A stretch of DNA of 52,919 nucleotides from Patescibacteria group bacterium. Lineage in GTDB: Bacteria; Patescibacteriota; Minisyncoccia; Phycocordibacterales; PALSA-1337. The stretch spans positions 1 through 52,919 of the forward strand of contig JBBTTD010000006.1 in assembly GCA_038064415.1 (NCBI GenBank), given 5' to 3'. Position numbers and translations under genes: made by a program. Shown here one piece after another: positions 1 through 6,608 of this stretch. Within the stretch, counting starts at the first letter, position 1. Each line of letters starts with the position of its first letter. The notes beneath the pieces are model-generated. The model searched no databases. It saw only the letters and a list, made by a program, of their open reading frames with translations, and was not told the DNA's origin.

Positions 1-278
1 AAGGAGGAGTAATAGTTGACTCCGTCAACGGTCTGACCTGCTTTGAAGTGGTCAGAAGCCACAAACTTCTTGACAGCCGTAATCTTAACTGGGGTCACGA
101 ACTCAAGGAGTTTAGTGATAGTGGTTTTTGTGCGATTTTTGATCGCCTCAACCCAGAGACCAATGGCCGTGGCAGTGTTTAGGATTGCCCATTGAGCATC
201 CTCATTTGGAAGAGCACCGAAATGATGCTGATGCTCGACAATTACCCCGGCGAGCTTAGGGATCTGTTGTTCAGTCAT
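1..278 (-). CDS. Hypothetical protein, truncated by the window edge (MTEQQIPKLAGVIVEHQH...)
   Basis: Hand translation: ATG at 278, open to position 1, AGGA upstream, perfect sigma70 promoter at 361-389. Not in the ORF track. Confidence 0.65.
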   Translation of the reverse strand, partial: MTEQQIPKLAGVIVEHQHHFGALPNEDAQWAILNTATAIGLWVEAIKNRTKTTITKLLEFVTPVKITAVKKFVASDHFKAGQTVDGVNYYSS

Positions 279-360
279 AACATTCCTAACTGTTTTTACA
301 GGCTTTAGTTGTTAAATAGCGGTGAACAAGATAAATATCAAGTTCTCTATTCTGCACGCT

Positions 361-389
361 ATTATACACCCAAACTATATATCTGTCAA
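361..389 (-). promoter_or_regulatory. Sigma70-type promoter TTGACA-17-TATAAT for the gene starting at 278
   Basis: Minus strand TTGACA (389-384), 17-nt spacer, TATAAT (366-361). Confidence 0.75.
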
Positions 390-424
390 CCCTGCCAAAA
401 CCCCTTGAAATAAGCCATACTATA

Positions 425-447
425 GTAGCGAGGTTCCACCTCGCTAC
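425..447. repeat. Short palindrome GTAGCGAGGT-TCC-ACCTCGCTAC (GAGGT-N3-ACCTC family)
   Basis: Perfect 10-bp arms and a 3-nt loop; near-identical copy at 5826-5848. Confidence 0.8.
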
Positions 448-451
448 CTCC

Positions 452-1714
452 ATGTTAGACACAACCCTCGCCAAAATCCGCCAATACATTCCAGTCAAAA
501 TGTTCAGTAAAATCCAGCCTGTTTACCACTGGACACTTTCATTTTTGGCGGCAGTTTGGTACCAATTCCCTTCTAGAAAAATCAAAGTCATAGCGGTTAC
601 GGGCACAAAGGGTAAAAGTTCAACTGTGGAAATACTCAACGCCATTCTAGAAGAAGCCGGCTACAAAACCGCTCTTTCAAATACCATTCGCTTCAAGGTT
701 GGGGATATTTCTTCGGAAAATCTTTACAAAATGAGTATGCCTGGAAGATTTTTCGTCCAAAAACTTATTCGTAAAGCAGTAAATAGTAATTGTCAGTATA
801 TAATTTTAGAAATGACATCACAGGGAGCGCTTTTATATCGCCACAGATTTATTGACCTAGACGCTTTTATTTTCACGAATTTATCCCCTGAACACATTGA
901 AGCACATGGCTCATATGAAAAATATATTGAATCAAAAGTTTCAATCGTCAGAAGAATGGAAAAATCCAAGAAAAAAGACAAAGCTATAATTACCAACGCT
1001 AACGATAAAGAAAGTTACAGATTCAACGAATGTAAAGTAGATAGAAAAATCAGCTATGGAATAAATGATGTTGAACCGTATGAAATAAAAAAAGACGGGC
1101 TAATATTTACTTTTAGCGGTCAATTGGTCAATTCTCATCTTTCCGGACTGTTTAATTTGTACAATATCTTGGCCGCGATCACATGCGCCAGAAGTCAAAA
1201 TATCTCTGACGATTCAATAATTCGCGCTATTGAAAAGTTTGACGGCATCCCAGGTCGTGTACAAAAAATAGTCGCTGGTCAAGATTTCACCGTCATTGTT
1301 GACTACGCGCATACTCCAGACTCGCTGGAGAAATTGTATCAAATCTTCCAATCGTCCAGAAATATCTGCGTACTTGGTGGAACTGGCGGTGGGCGTGACA
1401 CTTGGAAGCGTGCTGTCATGGGTAAAATTGCCGACAATTATTGCGATGAGATTATTTTAACCGACGAAGACCCATATGATGAAGATCCACAAAAAATCAT
1501 TGCCGATGTGGCAAAAGGAGTGACATCTCAATTACCACATATTATCTTGGACCGCCGCGAAGCGATTCGTGAGGCCATAAAACACGCCAAAACTGGCGAC
1601 ACCGTTCTGATTACCGGAAAAGGAACAGATCCATATATTATGGGACCAAAAGGAACAAAAACGCTTTGGAATGACGCGAGAGTGGCCAAAGAAGAACTAG
1701 AGAAAATAATTTAA
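452..1714 (+). CDS. murE: Mur ligase, MurE-like (UDP-MurNAc-tripeptide synthetase)
   Basis: P-loop VTGTKGKSST, FTNLSPEH, DYAHTPD, LITGKG motifs. Confidence 0.85.
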   Translation: MLDTTLAKIRQYIPVKMFSKIQPVYHWTLSFLAAVWYQFPSRKIKVIAVTGTKGKSSTVEILNAILEEAGYKTALSNTIRFKVGDISSENLYKMSMPGRFFVQKLIRKAVNSNCQYIILEMTSQGALLYRHRFIDLDAFIFTNLSPEHIEAHGSYEKYIESKVSIVRRMEKSKKKDKAIITNANDKESYRFNECKVDRKISYGINDVEPYEIKKDGLIFTFSGQLVNSHLSGLFNLYNILAAITCARSQNISDDSIIRAIEKFDGIPGRVQKIVAGQDFTVIVDYAHTPDSLEKLYQIFQSSRNICVLGGTGGGRDTWKRAVMGKIADNYCDEIILTDEDPYDEDPQKIIADVAKGVTSQLPHIILDRREAIREAIKHAKTGDTVLITGKGTDPYIMGPKGTKTLWNDARVAKEELEKII

Positions 1715-1764
1715 GCCAAATAAACTTACTTTTTTATGCTAAAAACTGTTTGAGCGACTAGAAA

Positions 1765-3024
1765 TTAAATCGTCTTAACTCCATACTCCCGATTCAAGGC
1801 CTCTACTGTTTGTGGCCCAGTAATCCCCTTTTCTCCAGTGATGCCATGCTTATTTTGAAACGCTTCTAACGCCGCTTTAGTACAAACTCCAATTTTACCA
1901 GTGCGCGGACAATCATTTTTACTTTTTTGTCCTGGAGGATATAGACCGTCAGCGAGTAGCGCTGTTTGAAGAGCATAAACATCTTGTGATGTGCTAGATT
2001 TTTCTGAAATAGGAACGGTCCAGGTATGCGGTAGAACTAGAGTATCATAAGTTGAAGCTAATGAACTTTGTCCTTTAAAATTAAAAAAATCTTCTAGCCC
2101 TAGATATGTCTGAAATGCCAAGTCTTTCAGAGCAAGTTCGCGTGTATTCGGATCAGTAAATTGAGTTTCATAAATATAGCCATATTCAATAAGCAAGCTT
2201 GCCGCGTCTGCGGTGTTATTTGCTCCAATTGATATAAGTTCACGCTCGTCAACAATCCCTTCAGATTCACCGGGTAAATCACTGATTGGGTTATATTTTC
2301 TAAGACGCGTAAAAAGCGTCTCGGAAATCGCGCGTGTCGTCGTGCTGTTGAGATATTGCGCTTCTGGAGTATAAATCGTAAAACCACTGTATTCGCCCGG
2401 TGATCTTTGAGAATGTCCGGGATGATCGTTAAAGTGAATGTGGATGGCAATATCAATATTATTTTCATTTGACCATTTTGTAATTCCATACAGACGATAT
2501 GCCACATTATCTGGAGCGGAATTGTGATAAACTTTAGGTTTATTTGATGGTTGTGGAGTAGTAATTCGCCTCAAAGACTCTTCTTTATAAGATTTCTGCC
2601 AATTAATTATGTCATCCCAATAGTTCTTAAAATATGATGAAAATATCGGGTTCCAAGAATTTGCGCCGCGTGTTGTAACAACTTCATATTTTTTATTTTC
2701 ATTCAAAAATCCTGACAAATAATTGGCTAGTGAAACGGTAAGGTCTCGCTCTTTTATTGAACCATATTCAGCGCCTCCATAGTTTGGCTCGTGGCCAGGG
2801 ACCAATAGAATACGAACTCTGGTAACACTGTTTGGTGTTTCAGTTGAATATTTATTTTGCAGTTGAGTGATTGTTCTTGGGTTGTGTATAACTATGGCAG
2901 CTAGTTGGCTACCAATATTCTTCATTCCCGCAAGGATATAGTCAGCTTGCTCGGGAAAGTTGAGCGCCAACCACGGAACTATAAACACGCTTATTGAAAC
3001 AGCAACTGCTATATAGTAACGCAT
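1765..3024 (-). CDS. N-acetylmuramoyl-L-alanine amidase (Amidase_3) with C-terminal peptidoglycan-binding domain
   Basis: LVPGH, ERDL, HFN and LIEYGY Zn/catalytic motifs; C-terminal DVYALQ..TG.IG..T..AL..FQ...G..G PG-binding pattern; N-terminal hydrophobic segment. Start at ATG 3024 preferred over 3066. Confidence 0.85.
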   Translation of the reverse strand: MRYYIAVAVSISVFIVPWLALNFPEQADYILAGMKNIGSQLAAIVIHNPRTITQLQNKYSTETPNSVTRVRILLVPGHEPNYGGAEYGSIKERDLTVSLANYLSGFLNENKKYEVVTTRGANSWNPIFSSYFKNYWDDIINWQKSYKEESLRRITTPQPSNKPKVYHNSAPDNVAYRLYGITKWSNENNIDIAIHIHFNDHPGHSQRSPGEYSGFTIYTPEAQYLNSTTTRAISETLFTRLRKYNPISDLPGESEGIVDERELISIGANNTADAASLLIEYGYIYETQFTDPNTRELALKDLAFQTYLGLEDFFNFKGQSSLASTYDTLVLPHTWTVPISEKSSTSQDVYALQTALLADGLYPPGQKSKNDCPRTGKIGVCTKAALEAFQNKHGITGEKGITGPQTVEALNREYGVKTI

Positions 3025-3095
3025 ATGCGACTTATTATAGCAAAATATTTGCATACTCACTTGCAAATTCGGTTGTTTTGATTTCTACTTATGAG

Positions 3096-4103
3096 ATGCC
3101 CGAACTTCCCGAAGTGCAAACAACTGTAAATGGCTTACAAAAACACATTGTTGGCCTGAAGATCAGAGGTGTCTGGACTAGTTACAATAGTTCATATTTC
3201 AAGGGCTCCGAAACAATCAAAGATCCTTTGTATTTCAAAAAATTCAAAAAAGAAATCATTGGCAGAAAAGTGATTACTGTCAGTCGCCGCGCAAAAAATG
3301 TTTTGATTTATTTGAGTAGTAAAACGGTCGGTCAAGCTGGAAAGTTTGGCGACAAAAACTTCAAGAAAATTATCTTAGTCCACATGAAGATGACCGGGCA
3401 TCTGCTTTATGGGACATATAAATTCAACGCTAGAAATAAAAATGATCCTTGGGAAGCGGTTGAGTCAAAGACTCTTCAAGATCCGTACAATAAACATGTA
3501 CGATTCCTAATAAGTTTCTCAAACAATAAACATCTTGCCTTATCTGATGTCAGAAAATTCGCAAAAGTAACACTAATTGATGGTCACGACCATCACTTGT
3601 CAGACCATTTGAAGAATATTGGTCCAGAACCCTTGGAAAAATCTTTTAACCTGGAGAAATTTTCAGCGAGAATAAATCTCAAACTAAATGGTAAAATCAA
3701 ACAAGTTTTAATGGATCAGAGTGTTGTTGCTGGGATAGGTAATATTTATGCTGATGAATCTCTTTGGCGCGCGGGTATTCATCCTCTGGAAAGGGTTAAG
3801 AATATTAAACACCAGCAATTGGAAGATCTCTTTAGCGCAATTCAGACAACGCTTTCAAAAGGAATTGATTTTGGTGGAGATTCAACTTCGGACTACAGAA
3901 ATGTTTTAGGAAATAAAGGAAAATTTCATGAAACGCATCATGCTTATCAAAGAACTGGCGATAAATGTGACAAAAAAAATTGTGGTGGAACTATTGTCAG
4001 AATAATTATCGGCTCGAGAAGTACACATTATTGTAATAAGCACCAAAAAATTAAATTTAGCTTAGTTCAAAATCCTAAAAAGAAAAACTCCAGCGGCAAC
4101 TGA
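3096..4103 (+). CDS. mutM: Formamidopyrimidine-DNA glycosylase (Fpg/MutM)
   Basis: MPELPEV N-terminus at 3096, HMKMTG, GIGNIYADE H2TH motif, C-terminal zinc finger. Confidence 0.95.
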   Translation: MPELPEVQTTVNGLQKHIVGLKIRGVWTSYNSSYFKGSETIKDPLYFKKFKKEIIGRKVITVSRRAKNVLIYLSSKTVGQAGKFGDKNFKKIILVHMKMTGHLLYGTYKFNARNKNDPWEAVESKTLQDPYNKHVRFLISFSNNKHLALSDVRKFAKVTLIDGHDHHLSDHLKNIGPEPLEKSFNLEKFSARINLKLNGKIKQVLMDQSVVAGIGNIYADESLWRAGIHPLERVKNIKHQQLEDLFSAIQTTLSKGIDFGGDSTSDYRNVLGNKGKFHETHHAYQRTGDKCDKKNCGGTIVRIIIGSRSTHYCNKHQKIKFSLVQNPKKKNSSGN

Positions 4104-4556
4104 AACATTTAGAGACTCCTTCCTCCCGTTGAGAGGAATTTCAGCAATTATATCTGATGACTTCAGAAGTTTTTTTGAAACTCCCCCGACTTCATTTCCA
4201 AGAATAACTAAAGCTTTGCTGTGAATTTTAACTTTTTTGTAGTCTAGAGAGTTTGTGGCTTGTTCAAGTGAGATTATCTGAAATTTCTGTCTCTTTAAAT
4301 CTTTAACAAGATTGACACCACCTTTAACGTGTCCCCACTCAACCAATTTCTCCGCCCCTAGAGCCACTTTGGCAATATCGCCACGAATTCGACCAAAACG
4401 ATCAATTGGGGTTGGGGTTGTATTTAGGCAATATATCTTTGAAATACCCAGTGCCTCGGCCGTACGAAAAATGGAGCCAACATTGTAGGCGCTTCGGATA
4501 TTATCAAGTAAAATACGAATATCTTTCTTCGTTTCCTTTTTCTTTTTATTAGGCAT
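4062..4556 (-). CDS. TrmH/SpoU family RNA 2'-O-methyltransferase
   Basis: LDNIRSAYNVGSIFRTA, GNEVGG and ESLNVSVA SPOUT motifs. Confidence 0.9.
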   Translation of the reverse strand: MPNKKKKETKKDIRILLDNIRSAYNVGSIFRTAEALGISKIYCLNTTPTPIDRFGRIRGDIAKVALGAEKLVEWGHVKGGVNLVKDLKRQKFQIISLEQATNSLDYKKVKIHSKALVILGNEVGGVSKKLLKSSDIIAEIPLNGRKESLNVSVAAGVFLFRILN

Positions 4557-4588
4557 ATAATAGCTATATTACACAATAATATAATACT

Positions 4589-4957
4589 ATGCTTGCATCA
4601 TTTCCTAGTTTACTGGCTTATGAATCATTTGCCCCATTTATTATTAGAGTGGTCCTTGGCGTCACTCTGGCTTATTTTGGCTATAGAAAAATAAAAGGCC
4701 GTGGTCAAAGTTCCGGTAGCAATAGTTTAATGTACGGAATCGTGGAAATCTTGATCGCTGTATTTTTGGTAATAGGTCTCTTCACTCAAATCGCCGCGTT
4801 ATTAAACTCAGTAATTTTGGTAATCAAACTCGGATACAAAACTAGAGACAAAGCTTTGCTAACAGATGGTATCAATTACTATATTCTTCTTCTAACCATG
4901 GCAATTTCACTGATGTTCACGGGTGCGGGATGGTTGGCGTTTGATCTACCGTTGTAA
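4589..4957 (+). CDS. DoxX-family membrane protein
   Basis: Four hydrophobic segments, IRVVLG, E...G..LVIGLFTQ.AA, G.G..A.D C-terminus. Confidence 0.7.
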   Translation: MLASFPSLLAYESFAPFIIRVVLGVTLAYFGYRKIKGRGQSSGSNSLMYGIVEILIAVFLVIGLFTQIAALLNSVILVIKLGYKTRDKALLTDGINYYILLLTMAISLMFTGAGWLAFDLPL

Positions 4958-5038
4958 ATGGTGGCTCTGTATGACGCCGCTCGAACATTCTTTCAGACTG
5001 AACACCAGCCGTAAAGGTTTCCCCACACCTATAAATAA

Positions 5039-5320
5039 CTAACCGAACAGCTCCGAATGTGAGCCGATTTCCACTAAGGTTATCAGTTTGAGCTTATCGT
5101 CTATTTCATAAATCAATAGTAAGTCACCTTTCATGTGGCACTCACGACACCCGGCGTAGTTGCCTTTGAGAGCATGGTCTCGAAATTGGGCGGGAAGAGT
5201 GCCGTTTAACATTAAAATATCAATTACTTTCTGAATGGCTGATAATTCAATAGTCGAGGAGTAAGCTAGTTTTTTGAGAGATTTCCTGAATGATTTGGTA
5301 AGAACGATTTTGTATGGCAT
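5039..5320 (-). CDS. Type II toxin, YafQ/RelE family mRNA interferase
   Basis: DHAL.GNY.G.RECH...DLLLIY and GSHSELF motifs; ATGA overlap with the antitoxin. Confidence 0.9.
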   Translation of the reverse strand: MPYKIVLTKSFRKSLKKLAYSSTIELSAIQKVIDILMLNGTLPAQFRDHALKGNYAGCRECHMKGDLLLIYEIDDKLKLITLVEIGSHSELFG

Positions 5321-5601
5321 CAGCCAAGTATATCACCTAGCATATAAGTAGCGGAAGAATATTTCTTACCTTGTTTTTTCGCAGACTCAATCTCCTTTAC
5401 AAGCTGTGCAATATATTTCGGATCATTCAAACGACCTTTCTGGTCAAAAGAAAAAGGAATTGATCCGGTTTGTATGATCTTTCTAAAGAAGGCGGTTATG
5501 GCAGTAGATATATCCAACCCAAAATCCTCAATGATTTTTTGCGCCGAAGATTTAGTCTCCTTATCCATGCGAACATTTATTGTCGTTGTTTTGATAGACA
5601 T
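5320..5601 (-). CDS. Type II antitoxin, RelB/DinJ family
   Basis: TINVRMD...K..A..I.E.FGLDISTAI..F...I...G.IPF ribbon-helix-helix pattern; start at ATG 5601. Confidence 0.9.
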   Translation of the reverse strand: MSIKTTTINVRMDKETKSSAQKIIEDFGLDISTAITAFFRKIIQTGSIPFSFDQKGRLNDPKYIAQLVKEIESAKKQGKKYSSATYMLGDILG

Positions 5602-5607
5602 GATACT

Positions 5608-5635
5608 AGTATACACGATGTATACTCAATGTCAA
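5608..5635 (-). promoter_or_regulatory. TA operon promoter (TTGACA-16-TATACT) with overlapping operator palindrome AGTATACA-CGA-TGTATACT (5608-5626)
   Basis: Read directly from the sequence; RelB/DinJ-type antitoxins are known to autorepress through inverted repeats over the -10. Confidence 0.75.
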
Positions 5636-5645
5636 TACAACCTAG

Positions 5646-5718
5646 TGCGCCCAGTTGGAGTTGAACCAACGACCCACTCCTTAAAAGGGAGTTGCTCTAC
5701 CAGCTGAGCTATGGGCGC
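5646..5718 (-). tRNA. tRNA-Lys(TTT), CCA not encoded
   Basis: GCGCCCA/TGGGCGC acceptor stem, ACTCC-CT TTT AA-GGAGT anticodon arm, GTTC T-loop. Confidence 0.95.
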
Positions 5719-5825
5719 ATGAATAAATTGTCAATCCTATTTGATACCTACCAAAACAGCTATGGGCACGTGCAGTTAATAACTAACAGATAATATAACC
5801 ACGACATTTAGATTAGCACAAATAG

Positions 5826-5848
5826 TTAGCGAGGTCTCACCTCGCTAA
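5826..5848. repeat. Short palindrome TTAGCGAGGT-CTC-ACCTCGCTAA encoding the last codons (EVRPR*) of the holA-like gene
   Basis: Perfect 10-bp arms; matches 425-447. Confidence 0.8.
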
Positions 5849-6596
5849 AATTATCTATCGCCAAAATAAACCTCTCAATTCCCAGTTCCAGATCAACTCT
5901 TCCACGATGTCCATCATGATATAGAGAAATAATTTGGGATGCATTTGACTCCAACTCATCAACTAAATAGTTTTCTGATGCTTTTTTTGCTTTCATAAAT
6001 ACAAACGGATTTAATCCAGATTCCGCGACGCTTTTTACTGTATGCGCCACAATCATTGACTTAATTTGCCAGAAAATCGTACCGACAATACTCTCAACTT
6101 CAAGTCCAAAATCAATTGCTTGGCGATATATTGACCAGGCTTTGAATGAATCTCGCATGCCAAGGGCGTCGGCAAGAGCAAAAATATTGAAATCTTCTTT
6201 TGATGAAGTACTTCCAAATAGTTGTTTAATGGATGCGACCGGTAAATTACACTCAACCATTTTTTCCGAACTCTTACCAAAAGCTTTTTTCAATTCTGTG
6301 TTGAGTCTTCCTTCAAGAACAATAAAAATATTTGCTGACTCCGCCATTGTTGGAATAAAATCAATAATTTTCTCTTTAGCTTCACTATTTTCGGTAATTC
6401 TATCAAGAAAAACTATATATCTATTTGAAAAAAGTCCTTGACCACCAAAATGACCTTCTAAAACAGAAAAATTCCAATTATCTGCTGAAATGCTTTCAAG
6501 GGCCGCGTCCGGTTTTTTGGCGCGCAGTGAATTAATCAGAGAATGCGCCTTCTCCACTCCTCTTTTTATATCTGATCCATGAAAAACATATAACAT
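5826..6596 (-). CDS. holA: DNA polymerase III delta subunit (HolA)-like protein
   Basis: MLYVFHG start, GLFSNR, FNIFALADA, AA..SGLNPFV..KA, LERFIL-like C-terminus. Confidence 0.65.
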   Translation of the reverse strand: MLYVFHGSDIKRGVEKAHSLINSLRAKKPDAALESISADNWNFSVLEGHFGGQGLFSNRYIVFLDRITENSEAKEKIIDFIPTMAESANIFIVLEGRLNTELKKAFGKSSEKMVECNLPVASIKQLFGSTSSKEDFNIFALADALGMRDSFKAWSIYRQAIDFGLEVESIVGTIFWQIKSMIVAHTVKSVAESGLNPFVFMKAKKASENYLVDELESNASQIISLYHDGHRGRVDLELGIERFILAIDNFSEVRPR

Positions 6597-6608
6597 AATA
6601 GAAGTATA

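Noticed and set aside
2127-2507. 126-aa ORF in another frame within the amidase, and the many similar 60-140-aa shadow ORFs (e.g. 9795-10136, 14436-14822, 36322-36744, 45770-46120)
   Set aside because: They are fully nested in well-supported genes and have no recognisable motifs or start signals.
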